From NCBI GenBank assembly GCA_047495785.1, contig JBLDXI010000102.1, positions 1 to 64,000 on the forward strand: 64,000 nt of DNA. Direction: 5' to 3'. The position numbers were made by a program, and so were the translations under genes. Source of the stretch: Lepidodermella squamata. Its lineage: Eukaryota; Animalia; Gastrotricha. Shown here one piece after another: positions 23,791 through 37,746 of the stretch. Numbering within the stretch: the stretch's first letter is position 1; the number at the start of each line of letters is the position of its first letter. Below the pieces are notes generated by a model, which saw only the letters and a list, made by a program, of their open reading frames with translations, was not told the origin of the DNA and did no database searches.

Positions 23791-24858
23791 TACTGTAAAA
23801 CCCCTTTTTTTCGCGGTGACTTTAAATTCGCGGTCGGGCCTAACATCGGCCTGTTCTTATTTTCGCGGGTACTTGAATTCGCGGCCATGCCCTGTCAGGA
23901 GTTGCGCAACTTGGCTGCATAACTCGTGGCGCGCTTGCGTTCACGAATGTTTCACGGAACAAGATTCAAATCTACGCCAATCGCGTTTCCGCTGACACCC
24001 GCGGTACCGCTTCGTGCGCGCGCTTAGAGTTTAGAGCAATGGGCGCACTCGAATGCGCGAAATCGACTCCAATAAGCTTGCAAGTGGTTTTTAGTGAACT
24101 TGAAACCGCGCGCACTGATGTCAATGGTGAATTTTGGATTTTATTGTCGGTTTTTACACCAAAATGAAGTTCTGGAAACACTCTTTCTATTGAATATAAA
24201 TTATCACTCGGAAATATTGATGTTAAAAAGTTTGACGTTCGCGACAAATTTCTTCTTGGCAGTGCGCGCGCAGCTGGCATGCGCGCGATATTTAAGGTGG
24301 ACGTAAAACTTTCTCCCATTAAATTTTTCGAGCGAGAACCCTATATTCAATAGAAAGAGCTTTGCCTGAATTTCATTTTGGTGTGAAAACCGACAATATT
24401 TCATCAAATTTTCCTTTGCCATCAGCGCGCGCGGTCGAAATTCTAAAGTTGCTGTTTTTGCGCGTTTCACCTGTTTTTGAGCGTGGCTGATTGGAGAAGT
24501 GCGCGTCCATTGTTTCCAAACAATGGTCACAAATCATGATTACGCTGAACACCGCTCGTTGCCTTTTGTGTAACACTCACAAGCGCGTTGCCGAACTAGC
24601 TTCGCCCTGATCGGCCATTGGTCGACAGTTGCGCTTATTTAGCTTATTGCTAAAAAGCAATAAAATCTCAGAGCAAAAAACGCCAACCATAACCTATACA
24701 CGCGCTAGAAACCTTGCCCTAATATTTGCGTGATTTATTTTTGGGATGAGCAAATTTTCGCTGGTCAGAAAGTTTCGCGGGGTATTAATTTTCGCGGATC
24801 TTAAATTCGCGGTCCCTTCATACCGCGAAAAACCGCGAAAATAAGGGGTTTTACAGTA
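23791..24858. mobile_element. Non-autonomous TA-flanked DNA element with an internal inverted repeat
   Basis: TACTGTAAAACCCCT...AGGGGTTTTACAGTA, subterminal TTCGCGG repeats, inner inverted repeat about 24106-24198 / 24342-24435. Confidence 0.8.
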
Positions 24859-25861
24859 GTACGTCTCAGGAAGGAGGAGGGCCGGTTGGCAGGTAAAATC
24901 CGCCCAATGTGTGAAAGAACTGAAAATAATTTTAAAAATTAAAGAATGATCAATATGACTTATAGAAAAAAGACCGAGAGCGATAGGATGCTCAGGTGGC
25001 GATTGAAAATTCTGAGTTCTGAGAAGCTTGTGCACTCGTACAAAAAAAGTAGTGAACGCGTACAACTATCTCTGATCACATGACCGCGCGAAATTCGAAA
25101 CACGTCACGCCTCGAAGTTTAAAACGCGGTTTCCTGCAACAAAAGTGTCAAATAAAACAAAATTAAATTCATACTTTAAGTTGTTGTTAATAATTTTAAC
25201 AATAATTTTGAATTAAAAAAATTAGGTGAAAAACTCCTAATTTTTTTTATGGAGAACACCTCAACCGGTTTTTTTCACTTTGTTAAGACTTTGCCGTCGC
25301 CGAACCTACATTTTCTCGACGGATTTAGATCCCTTGTTTAATTTCGCGTCGTTTGATGTAAACATTTTGTAGGTTCGAGGATGTCTTGACCCTACATTTT
25401 TGCCGCAAATTTAACAGAATTGAGCCAAAAATGGGGTTTTGTGCTTAGGCACACTTTTCAGGTAATTTTTACACCTGCTTCGATGTGCCCTGCCACATCT
25501 CTGACCACTAATTTTGAAACTTCAGACTTCTGCCTTTCCTAGAAAATTTGGTTCGCTCATTTTCATCCATAGGCCAATTTTGCCTCTTACCGGCCCTCGT
25601 CCTTTCTTATTCAGAAATAAACCGTGAAAACTGATTCCAAGAAAGCTAAATTGAAGGACTTTTTCAAGAAAGTAAATTACTTGTCTCAAGAGCTATTACC
25701 TTTTGATACTTGGAGCGGACTTGGAGCGGATGATATTTCCCTGATTTTTTGCGATTTTCAAAACCTTCAACAATGAAATTCGTACTGATTTTTAAGCATG
25801 ATCCTGCTCTGAACTTCTTCCAACTGCGCCATGTTTGTGCGTCACACGTGCTTAGCTCAAA

Positions 25862-26102
25862 GGTTCAGGATTGAATCCTCCAACCAGTCGGTGGTTTTAC
25901 TTTGTTATTAATAATTCCTAGAAAATCAGGAAAAAATTATCCTGAGCCCCCCCCCCCTCCTGACACACTGCATGATGCATCTGTGAGAACTAGCATCTGT
26001 CAAATTCCACTTATCACAGATGCATTATGCAGTGTGTCAGGAGGGGGCTGTATTAATAACAAAGTAAAACCACCGACTGGTTGGAGGATTCAATCCTGAA
26101 CC
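25862..26102. mobile_element. Palindromic MITE, 241 bp
   Basis: About 50-bp perfect TIR GGTTCAGGATTGAATCCTCCAACCAGTCGG..., an inner stem, and AAA on both sides (possible 3-bp TSD). Confidence 0.85.
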
Positions 26103-26571
26103 AAACCTGAAGCCCAGATAACAGACGACTGTCGTGATGTTAGCTGCGCCGGCCATCCTAAGCGCTCGAAACTAGGGGATAAAAGGGCGAATAAACTGCA
26201 TGATTCATCATTTTGCGATTTTGAGAGAATTGGCGTTTTTTAAGTTCGAATCCGTGACGAAATGCCTGTTTAGCCGATTCTACAGGGCGTTGAGCCACCT
26301 GCAAGCGGAGCTTAGGTTGGCGATATCTTTGGGAAATTTCTACTTGGAAGAGCCTAACAACTAACAACGACACACTATTCTCGCTTCTCGCGTACTTCCG
26401 CACTGCCTCTCTAACAGTTTGAGAAGGCGTATGCTCAAACGATACATTCAAACTTCAAACAAACTCGGCCAGCCTATATCTTACAACTTGTTAACAACTG
26501 ACGAAGCTAACAAAACAGCAGAAAGATGACTGAACAAAGAGCAAAACAGAGAGCCTGAGCAGACACACACG

Positions 26572-26693
26572 GCACACCGCAGTTGACAACCTGACGACTT
26601 AACGAACCCGCAACGCGAGCTTGGAGACGCAGGTCTTTCAGAAAGTCAGCTGACCACCCGGCCAGACTTCGCTGAAGTGGCAACAGGGCCTTC
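26572..26693 (-). pseudogene. Short LINE RT fragment
   Basis: LAGWSADFLKDLRLQARVAGSLSRQVVNCGVP, similar to 59104-59210. Confidence 0.7.
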
Positions 26694-28384
26694 AGCATTC
26701 AGCATTCAGTCCAAATTTCGCCAAAATCGAGCAACAATCGCCAACATCCCGTGCAAATTGAGCAGCGCTCAGCCCTTATGTCGATGAAACCCAGAACTCC
26801 CCCGCGACAATCGCGAAGGATGAGCAGCAGTCGTCCTCGATGTTGAGAAAATGGCGCAGAATTCCTCCTGGAAATTGCCGCAACGGCGTCGTATTCGTCT
26901 CTTAGTCCATGTCATTCCATCAGCCTTCGTTCCTGGCTCCAACTGGTTCAGCGGCACGCTTCCTTGAACGGAATAGAAGCCATGATTGAGCTTGAAATCG
27001 ACCAGACCGGCGAACAAATTCCCATGAGCCGAATGCACTCGCCGAGTAGCTTAATTTGACGAGCTGATAGTTCAAATAGCCCGAGCCATTGTGCGATTTT
27101 TCAACGTAGCAGCGTGCCAGTTTGACGCGAAGATGCGGCAGCAAAATAGCGAGTGGAAATCAAAACGAAAATCGAAAGAATGAGCGCTTGATTCAAAAAT
27201 GGCGAAAAGCTCGGTTTTTAATGAAAAAATTAAGTTGGATCTTTTATTTTTCATACATTTCTTCAATTGAAGCCCTTGCAACACGGGGGGCATGTATTTC
27301 AACGGAGCCCTGACATTCAGTAGATGCTACTATGCCTCGGGTTATATGCAAATATTGGACTTAGAGTCGTAAATATGTTGAAAAACCTCACAAATAATGT
27401 CCTCGCCTGCGGCTTGGCCATTATATGTTCGGTTTTTCAACATATTTCCTCCTCTGTGTCCAATATATCCACACAAAATTGCGAATCTAGAATTAGCAGA
27501 AATAACGGCAAGAGATCGGGATGAGTGTGTAATAGCATCGAAAGCTATGCATTTTTGGGTAAAAGCAGGTTGTTCGCAGTCTGTCGGCCACTGAAGCCGA
27601 TCGACTGCTGTCAACCGTCCTCTAAACCCTCACGGGTAAGGCTTGTTTTTCATATTCCTGAACATCAAATGTTATGCCTTAATGAAGGCGAAAAATAAAA
27701 CAAATTCATTGGTCATTTCAGAAGTAAGAAGTGGGGTTGGGCGAACATTTTAACCGAATGAATTCAAATAAATTAAATGTCTGCAGAACAAGGGACAAGG
27801 ACTTTACGGTTTGCGTCATTTCCTTCGTTTCAGGGGAGTTGGTGTGTGTCGATAAAACGCAAATCATTTTACTGCTTTGCCTTTTCGTTTTACACACAAA
27901 TAATTATGCTGAAAAAAGTATGGCTTTATGCGATAAAAAAGCCTTTGCGTTCCCCCTAAAAACCCTATGCTACAAAAAGCAGCTAATTGCTCCACTTTAT
28001 GCCATAAAAACCGCGTTTTTATGCGTTGGCTTTGGATGCATTTGAAACATTGCGCACGCTCCAGGTTATATTATCAAACTTGCTCTAAACTGGTTTCGAC
28101 CGAAACTAGGGCTAGACTAAGCTTGTTCATTCAAGCTTTGAAAATGCGCAGTAAAAGACCATAAAGAAACACCTGCCGTCTCCGCTGCAGGTGTGAAGTT
28201 GGATGACTTCAAAGCGAAATAGTTGCTGGCGATATTCTTGCGGCCAGAAAGATATGTTCTTAGTCCACTAATGTCCGTTAGATTTTTTATGTATTCAGCC
28301 ATGTAAGATATTGAAGGGTTCACATGCGATGTTAATTTTGCAAATAATGTATCTAACCACCGTGGAATGTTTTTAGATAAATGC

Positions 28385-28792
28385 CATAGAGAAAAATGAC
28401 CAGAGTAAGCACTCAGGCTAAAATTTCTAAATCCTCATTTTAATTCAAAGTTGACTTTCTCAAAACGGATATCTCCGTTTTCTGCCAAACTTTGCATGCC
28501 TATAGAACACGAGCTGCTCTTTCACGTGCTATAAGATTTGAGGTGGGCAACCCAACCGTTGTTACGATACAAAAACCTCGTTTTCCCTATGGTTTTACTT
28601 ATTTTGATGAGATCAAGACTGAGCAGCAATTGCCCACCTCAAATCTTATACCACGTGAAAGAGCAGCTCGTGTTCTATAGGCATGCAAAATTTGGTAGAA
28701 AACGGAGATATCCGTTTTGAGAACGCACTTCTATAATAATGGAGATCAATATTTTAGCTTGAGTGCTTACTCTGGTCATTTTTTTCTCTATG
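28385..28792. mobile_element. Palindromic MITE with CATAG termini and 8-bp TSD (P- or hAT-like)
   Basis: CATAGAGAAAAATGACCAGAG...CTCTGGTCATTTTTTTCTCTATG; TSD ATAAATGC at 28377-28384 and 28793-28800. Confidence 0.88.
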
Positions 28793-28817
28793 ATAAATGC
28801 ATAGAGAACGATTTATG

Positions 28818-30392
28818 AGAAGATCCGTCAAGAAAGTTCCGTCAGTGGAAAGTTAAAACGCAGAAAGATTAATCGATAGAAAGTTCCTAAAATAGAAACA
28901 TCCAGCAGTGGAAAGTTAAATTCGTGGAAAGTTCCGTGCACACAATAGGTTTTCGTGGAAATTTCCGACACGCGCTCTCATAAGGCGCTTAATTATGACG
29001 AAGCACGTGACTAGCTGCGGTATAAAGGCGTCGTTTCAACCAAATTACCAATCATTTAGCAATTTGAAATCAACGGGTGCGAGTACTGCGATAAGTCATT
29101 TGCTACGAAACATGGCTTGAAGATTTACCTAGGCAGAGCCCACAAGAGTGTGCCGCGCAGCTTGATGCAAACACCACAGGTATTAATTTAGCCTATAATA
29201 TGGGAGTAAAGTTATGTAAGAATTAATCTTAGTGAGAGATAGCATGATCGAGCCTCCATTGGTTGCTTCTACGCCCCTCTCCGCTTCAATGTCATCAGTG
29301 GCGAGGGAAGTCACCCTGCCCCCAGCAGCATTTTCCACTCTCAATGTCTTTTACCTCGAATAATGTCTTTTCGATGACGGGAAAATGAACCACGCTTCTT
29401 GCCACCACGAACAGGGGCACAGCTTTTATTGCCTAATTTTCAGCTTCGATAACTTCTGGAAACTTAGCTTCGGGTAACACGACCAATAGGGACAATAGGA
29501 CCTCTGGCGCGATTTTAACCCCGCTCGCGCCTTATCGAATAGAGCTGCTTTTGCGCAGAACTCAGTAGGTACGCAACAGGCCCTGTTGTCCTCGCCTGTT
29601 CGATGTCTCATACTCCAAAGCTCCAACTAGTCTTCGGCGACGACCGGGCTTGGGGCATCGTTCTAACCGCTAGAGGAGAGAGCTTGATGCCGACAACATG
29701 ATCGGTTGACAACATCGGCCGACAGCATGAATGATGCCAGAACAGATTTTGGCGACAAATCTTAGCTCGTGGGCCAAAGCCAACGCATGGCAACAGGGCT
29801 TTTTCTTCGCTCCGTTGTAAAATGTCTTTATGACGTCGGAATGGGCCACCTCAGCCTTCCACGTCGCCAGTTGCCAGCAGCACAAGTAAAGGCGCGAGCA
29901 AAGCTGCTGAATATCCTCTGAAAATGTCTTTTAAGCGACGGAAAATGAAAAAGTGGAAACCAAGATCCCACATTCTTTTACTCCACACTCTTACTGCTAC
30001 CCACATTTCACGCGTGAAAGGCGATAAATTAATAAACACAAACTATCACTAGCTAATTTTATGTTTGAAAGCTCTATCGATGACTAGAAAACAGGTTGAC
30101 AGCTCAATAAAATGTTGTCAAAAAACTTCGACGTGGCTGACCTGACGAGGGCAGCGACGAAGAGACTGGTTGAATTTCGTGATAATAAAAATTTTGCTCG
30201 GAACTTTCTACTGTATATAAAACTTGATCGGAACTTTCCACTAATTTCGCAATGTATATAAAAATAAATTTCGGTCGGAAGTTTCTACAACATTGAGCAA
30301 GTCATCGGAAATATCTACAAAAACATGCACGGAAAGTACACAGGGTTATGACGGAACTTTCCACTGCAGGAACTTTCTGGACGGATCTTCCC
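28818..30392. mobile_element. TIR element with GGAAAGTTCC subterminal repeats and decayed coding fragments
   Basis: GAAGATCCGTCAAGAAAGTTCC / GGAACTTTCTGGACGGATCTTC; C2H2-like CEYCDKSFATKHGLKIYLGRAH at about 29078-29145 (+); possible SWIM-like remnant at about 29620-29880 (-). Confidence 0.65.
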
Positions 30393-30397
30393 ATGCA

Positions 30398-30804
30398 CCT
30401 AGAGAACAAAATCAGAGTAATACAAGCTAAAATTTCAGAATCTTAATTTTTATTCAAACTGACTTTCTCAAAACGGATATCTCTGTTTTTCGCCAAATTT
30501 TGCAAGGATATAGGACGCGAGCTGCTCTTTCACGTGGTATAAGATTTGAGGTGGGCAACCCGACCGTTGTTACGATACAAAAACCTCGTTTTCACTATGG
30601 TTTCATTAATTTTGATGAGATCAAGACTGGGCAGCAACTGCCCACCTCAAATCTTATATCACGTGAAAGAGCAGCTCGCGTTCTATAGGCATGCGAAATT
30701 TAGTGGAAAACGGAGATATCCGTTTTGAGAAAGTCAACTTTGAATAAAAATGAAGATTTAGAAATTTTAGCTTGAGTGCTTACTCTGGTCATTTTTTCTC
30801 TATG
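30398..30804. mobile_element. Second copy of the CATAG MITE
   Basis: Closely similar to 28385-28792 (paralogous spurious ORFs at 28492 and 30500). Confidence 0.85.
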
Positions 30805-33800
30805 CTGAAACCATGATTAAAGTCAATTCTCTCAATTTCCTGATGGAATATAGAATATGGAGATTCAAAAGCAAACATTCCTTTAATAATTTAGTTTTGC
30901 TTAGGTATTTTGTTGCTACAAGCCAACTAACATTGCTCACACAGCTGGAGTTGATGTTAATAAATGCTTTCGATTTTCCAACAAAACTTTGGAATATTGT
31001 CACCTTACCACGAGCGAACCTTTCCAAGAATATTCATGAAAATCGTTTTTCTCAAGCAGAAAAATCCCTGCTTTTCCTGTTTCATTCTGATGAAGTAAAA
31101 ACGTCACGTGCGCATCAAAAGCGAACGCATAAAAACGCGGTTTTTATGGCATAAAGTTGAGCAATTAGCTGCTTTTTGTAGCATAGGGTTTTTAGGGGAA
31201 AACGCAAAGGCTTTTTTATCGCATAAAGCCATACTTTTTCAGCATAATTATTTGTGTGTAAAACGAGAAGGCAAAGCTGTAAAATGATGTTGTACGTTTT
31301 ATCGACACCATAACTCTCATGAAACTATAATATAATGACGGGAATCCTTTTACAGAATTTACTCGATTTCGTCCGCCAAGAAAACAAATTTTGTCTTCGA
31401 GGCTCGACTTTGTACCAGTAAAAGCTAAGGATTCGTATAAAATCACATTTCTATACAATCAAATCTAGGAATTGGTTTATCAACGGAATCGTTAACGGAA
31501 TTCGTACATGGTATGCGTTGTATTGTGACATGTGATGAGTTGAGAAGAGTTCGAAATGATGACGGTCAGACCTCAAAAAAGTGCGGTCTCAAATATAAGA
31601 CGGGGTTTCGACTTGTTTTAGAAAAATAAAGGACAGGCCAGCGGCGTAACCAGGAACATTTTTCGTAAGTTGTTATGGATCTGGGAGTGAGATTTGCATT
31701 TTTCTCAGGGTAATAGAAATTTTTGAAAATATCGGGATTCCGAGCGAATAATTTTTGACAAGTGTGTCAACATTTCCTCCATGTTATAAGCATTAGCCAT
31801 TTCGAAGAGAATAGGCCGAAGAGGTGTTTTTGAGTTTTCATTTTTGTAGTTATTTGAACAACCAAAACAACCAGCTAGTTACGCTCTTCATTTTTCGCGG
31901 TTGGTACCATCAGATTCTTCATCAAATTTCGCGTTGAAATCTCAAAACTAAACTTCGCGTTTCAGAGACTTGAATTTTTGGAAAACGAAAATTTGTTCAT
32001 AACTTCAAAACTTTTGTCCCAAAATTCGAATTTCTTTTTATAAATCGATGCAGAATAAAGAATAACGTTTTTGGGCTCGGCGGTACATAAAAGGACGAGT
32101 TCATCTTTTTTATCCTGCCATTGTTTTCTTGCGGCCATTCGTGCACTTTGAAATCGTCAATAGCCTTACCGGTCGGTCATCGGATCAACGCCCAGGATAA
32201 TCGAGAAAATCAATCTCTTGGTTCGGTTCCCCAACCTAAGCCCATCTGTGGGTTGCCTATCCGCCTATTCGCATTTCCGGAACTTCGAATCGATCGAAAA
32301 TCAAGAATTTAAGGCATGCTTGCTCGATCTAGGGCAGGCTAGCAATTCAATTTTTTGAAAATACCATTCGAAAAAATTAGAAGACTGTCAGGGGCGAATC
32401 CGCAGGAAATTGTTATGGTAGTGGTTATGAATCTGATAGTGAATTTTCTTATGATGATCCGTCGATTTTCAATAGGAATTATTGAAAATATCGGGATTTC
32501 AAGCTAAGCGAGATAATTTTTGATCAAACTAATCGCGAAGCTGTTTCCGCCAAGAATTGTTTGCAATTTTTTACCCAACTTGTGCTAACTCGATTTTCGC
32601 CGAAAATTGGCGCTAAAATGATGGATGAATTTTTTGAAAATAAGTTCGGTGAAAGATTACTCCAAATTTCCGCCTAATTATTCTTGAACAAATCAGCCAA
32701 AAAATAAACTTTTTTGGCTGATTTGTCGTTAGCTGAAATGCCGTGGCTGCGATGAGTCGTGGATGAGTTGTCGTTGGCTAAAATATCGCACCACGTCATT
32801 TTCGCGCAGCATCTCCCCAGACGGAAATTCGTGTGGCCAAGAGGGCGTTAGGACCAAATCTTCGGCCAAATTTTTCGGTGTAAGATTTCCCCCATAAAAT
32901 TCTTCAAATGTAGCGTTAATTTTTGGCAACTTCACTTTTAAGAATTTCTACCATGGTTTCATTGACGATTTTCAGCAAAAATTGAGTTTTTACCTGTTGG
33001 ACAAAAAGCTTAACGAAATCTTATGCTGAAAACTATTTTTCGATTATTTGAGCGAGTAAGTTTAGGCGAACTGATTTTCGTTGTAATTAACTGTCGAATT
33101 GTCGACCGTAGCTATTTCTCCACAGTTCGCTGACATTTTGGGCATTGATTGGAATTTAATATTAAGAATTATATGGCTTACATATAGCCGGCAGCAGACG
33201 TTTCAATATTTATTAAGGCTGTGAAACACTTCTTTTCGAGGGATTAGGGATTGACTTACTTTCCTCACTTTCGCGACACAACAGCAAGAATTTATAGCTC
33301 ATCTGTTTTTCTACGGTATAAAATTAACCAAGTTAAACTAAATGATTTCGATTCGATTCATGGGTGCATGACCATCAATTTCCGTTCGATTTCAGCCCCG
33401 AAAGGAATAGTAAAAAATCTCCGCTCTAGCGGGAAAGCTTCGCGTTTTATCAATTTTAAGATCGGATGAAATTGCCCTTGAATTTAGGGTCAGGCTTATT
33501 CTTGCGAAGAACCCAATTCAGAATCGCAATCAAATCAATCTAAAATGAGAGTGAAAAAAGTCGTAATGAGACATGCCCTCATTCCGCGCGATTGTTGTGC
33601 AACTCAAAGCTGTGTTGCGTCACACACGTCACAGCAGAGATTGGAATGGCAAATTTCTCCAGTAGAGTTCTCATTTGATTTTTTTCGGTCTCAAAAGTGA
33701 GAGTTATTTTTTCCTATATAAACCTCAAAGCCTATGGAAATATTGACAGTATCTTTTCGGCGCTTCGGAAAAAATAAGTGCCAAGTTCGACATGACCTGC

Positions 33801-34829
33801 GTTCATTCCCAAGCAGGCAATTATATAGTGATGTTAAAATGAAAAATTTATAATCAAATTAAAATTGAAAATACGATATAATTGAGAAGCTGATGGGATC
33901 TGAGATGACTAAAAGAACAGAGGAACACGAAGCCGGCCGATGGAGTAAATACCCCAGCATATAAGAATCGGAACTAATGCATGATAGATTTGGCCCATCT
34001 ATTAACTCGGATAGCAGTTTCGCCGAAATTTTCACCTATCGATTACACCGAAATATGACAATTTCAGAAATACTTTTGGCGAAAAATTGGCCCAAATTTA
34101 ACGTTCGACCATTTGGCCACAATTTTCGAGTAAAATTTTTGGACAGTTTGGGGGTATCAAATAAACAGCCGAAACATTAAGCCGAGATTTTGGTCTTAAA
34201 TTTCCGTCTGGGTCGAATTGCCTGAATCCAGGTGAGTTCGAAAATTACTTTGAAATAATTACACTATTGAATTCGGTGTTTTCTTCTACCCAGATAAAAA
34301 TCCGTCTGCCCAAATGGTCATTTTGGCCAAATCCTCGGCCAAATTTCTTGTTGAAGGGATTCAACCATAATCATGTGGAATTTTGGCGCTATTTTTCATC
34401 GAACTCTTTTTCAGGAAACTCAGCCATCATTTCAGCGCGAATTTTGGGCGAAAATCGAGTTTGCACCTGTTGGGTAAAATATTGCGAGAAATATTTGGCT
34501 GAAGCATCTTCTCGATAAATTTACCAAGTAATTTGAGCGAAATAAGTTTGTTCCAAAATAATTTAACATTCACTCAAAAAAGCGCCAATCCGCAAAACAC
34601 TGAAGGTTTCGACCAAAATGACTTGAATGATCAACTTAAAATTACGCAGCTTTTAAACAGAATACAGCCTGGCCAGAATAAATTCAGAGAATCGATAATC
34701 GATCTATCGTAATAATCCGGCTATGATTTCCGTTGTTAATAGCCTTCATCAGCCATCTCCTAGCTCCGGAACCTTTGTTTGCGACTATACCGGAATTATT
34801 TTCAATTATTATTTATTTCTGTATCATTT

Positions 34830-36018
34830 TAAGCTGGTAATCAGGTTCACGTCGATATTCTACGCTTTTTGCAACGAAGAGCGCATTTATCGAAACAGCT
34901 GCAGCTTCGTGGATGTATGGATGCGAGATTTCGATCTCGATTTGAAAAATTGGTTTACAAAAATTAAAATTAAAATTAAAAATTCGGTTTTTCATGTAGT
35001 TATTTGAACGGACATTTTCCCTACAGAGTAATAATTTTACGAGAATTTCCTGAATTGTAGAAATTTGAAATTTAAAATTTTCTAAAATTTAGAAAATTTC
35101 TAGAAATTTAATTTATGAAATTGTGTTGTTCTGAAAATTATCTGGAGAATAAAAACCGCTTCAAATTTATGTGTTTTCAGGTCTAACTGGGAAATTATTT
35201 CACCGGCTCTATCACAATGGCTATCACATGCAGATCTTTAAAAAACCAGAGTAACAAAATAAAATGAAATGAGCGTGAAAAAGTGGAATTGAGACGCGAC
35301 CACGTTCTGCGCCGCATTGTTGTGCAACACACAGCTGTGTTACGCCACAGCTGAAGTCAGCACGGCGCATTTTGCCAGTTTAGTTTTCATTTGATCTTTT
35401 TTCACTCTCAAACGCAAGTTATTTCTTTTTAAATACAGAATTAATTTATAACTTTAAATCATTTGTCCGCACTTCATATTTTTGTGATAGCACCGGTGCC
35501 TGGCAAACAGCCGTCAATGTGGTCTGGCCAACTCTCCTTCTAACGCCAATCCACTGCGGTAGCAGCGACGCATTGAAAGTAATTTTTTTGTACCATTTTT
35601 GAAAACCTTTAAATCTGATTTTATTTAAATTGCTTTAAATAAAATCCTAAAGCCTTAAAAAAATAATTCAACCCTAATTAAAGTTTCTTAATATTGTTAG
35701 AGCTCGAAATGCGCCACGATGACTGTGACTCCATCGCCCGGTTGGTCACTAAATTCAAACTCTAAATCAAGGCAAGTTATTTCCAAGAAATTGCGGTTCA
35801 GGAAAAATTGAAATTATTATTAAATTTCAATTTTCGGAATTTAAAATATTTTTAATCTAAAATATTAATCTAATTATATTTTTGAATTTATAGGTCGATG
35901 GTTCGATGGCAATGCCGTGCCAATGGCTGCCAATGCGAATGGCTCTCGGCTCTCGTGGCTATTCAACTCTGATCGGCTTCAGGATGGCTTCGAAAATTTG
36001 CATCTCGAACAATTTTAA
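34830..36018 (+). pseudogene. Possible multi-exon gene or pseudogene of unknown product
   Basis: GC-richer blocks (about 34833-34915, 35181-35235, 35491-35578, 35701-35770, 35894-36018) bounded by AG and GT/GC in AT-rich DNA; one apparent in-frame stop; no family recognised. Confidence 0.3.
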
Positions 36019-36757
36019 ACTATTAATTAATACATCCGATAATTAACTCTGCCATGATTATCTGAATTTTACCTTGAATTAAAATTGCTACAATAAAATG
36101 CGAATAACTGAGTTCTGACTTGAGTAACTTGAGGAACCAAGTGACATGGAGCCGGGCAGTTGAATATTACAGGATTATAGTCTATTGAAGAGCAAAGGTG
36201 ATATGAGCAAAGGTGGTTTTGGCCTAATTTTTAACTCCGAAAGCAGTTTCGCCGAAATTTCATCTATAAGTTTGGCCGAAATTTGGTGATTTAGGCAAAT
36301 GATTTAGCTGAAATTTTGACCGAGAATGTTTTTCGCTGATTTTTTGGTCGAAGTGTTTCGCCTATTTGGGGGTATCAGAAAGATGAGCTAAATTTTAGGC
36401 CGAGATTATCGCGGTAAATTTTCATCTGGGTAGCTGTATCTTTTGTCATTGAAAGATGGCACATTGCAGCGATCGCGTTAAAAATGCAAACCAGTTAACT
36501 ATCAGTGATGAAGGTGAGAAGTCTCTGTCATTTTCTTATTTATAATTGATTGAAATATTTGGGAATTTAGATAATTTCTCAAATAAATTGCATGGGTGGC
36601 ATCAAGTTCAAGCGTTAGCCAAAAGCTTCGGCAATTTGGAAGCTGATAAAAAAGGCGAGCTTTTAATCTTTTTCAGCGTTCAGCGGCGCTACGACAATTA
36701 AGAACGGACAGCGGACAGCCCAGAAATCGATAATAACGTACAATTCAGAAAGGCAAT

Positions 36758-37353
36758 TCAAACGCGTTCAGTTTCATCTTGAGCCTTCTCCTGCTCATCA
36801 TTCTCCACCTGCTCGGCAAGATTGTCTGGATCGACGCCCTGGTCAGCGTTGATCATGTTTTTGAGGATATCAAGGAATTTCGCGACTTCTGCAGCGTCTC
36901 TAAAACAATTTAAAACATAATTGACGTCTGAAAAACAAATAATATTCCCATTGTCACTTACTTTCCAGTAATTTTCCGCACGAAGTGTGCGGTAATTTTT
37001 GTTAAGATTTTTAGCAGGAACACTTTCCTGAATCTATAAAAGATTGCAAGAATCACAGCCACTGCTCCAGGTGGAGTAATGACGGAGGCAGTGGCTGCAA
37101 TTGCCATAATGGATTCAGAAGAGCAAGGCGGGCATTGTATTGACGGAGGCTGTTGAGGTGGTCGAGGCGGGGCGCAGAAATTGCACGAACCCGTGTGCGT
37201 GATGCAGCCTGCAACTGTTTCCGCTGGTGATTTCAATTGTATACGATCGATATTATTTTTCCGATGTCAAATTAAATTACCTGTTTTCTCAACGCATTTG
37301 TGCGTGATTTCCGATGACGCAATAGCCAGGGCAAAAATTAGAAAAACTCTCAT
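36758..37353 (-). CDS. 158-aa single-pass membrane protein, 3 exons (37353-37281, 37223-36962, 36899-36758)
   Basis: GT-AG introns keep the frame; signal peptide MRVFLIFALAIASS, Cys/Pro-rich ectodomain, hydrophobic segment followed by YRFRK, acidic tail. Confidence 0.7.
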
Positions 37354-37746
37354 GATTCTACGAAAACGAAAAATTTATGTTGATAATATTATAATATTAT
37401 AATATTTGTTATAATGATAAATTAAACGCTGCCTAAACTGCGCAAAAAAATCCGGTAATCCGAGTTATAATCAGGATCGTTTTTTCTTCATTCATCAATC
37501 GCCTAATTTGAATTGTTTAATGTCTCATTTTTTTTTCAAGGAGGCTGCCCATTCATCAAACATTTTCGTTCCCGGTCTGCTCGGCAGATGTTTTGAATTG
37601 CCGGAATCCCAACTTTTCGAAAGAGCTGGAAGATTGGAAGTGAGCGGCGGGCGAGGGTACAAGTTGTAAGGCGGAGGAGCAGGTGGGGCTGAGGCCGAAA
37701 CGGGATCTGGTGACTTTTCGAGACTGCCAAAAGAAAGTTTTTGAAA

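Larger units (their letters stand above)
27835..31318. mobile_element. About 3.5-kb element with about 200-bp TIRs hosting nested insertions
   Basis: About 27845-28040 is the reverse complement of about 31112-31308; outer ends decayed, no TSD found. Confidence 0.75.
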
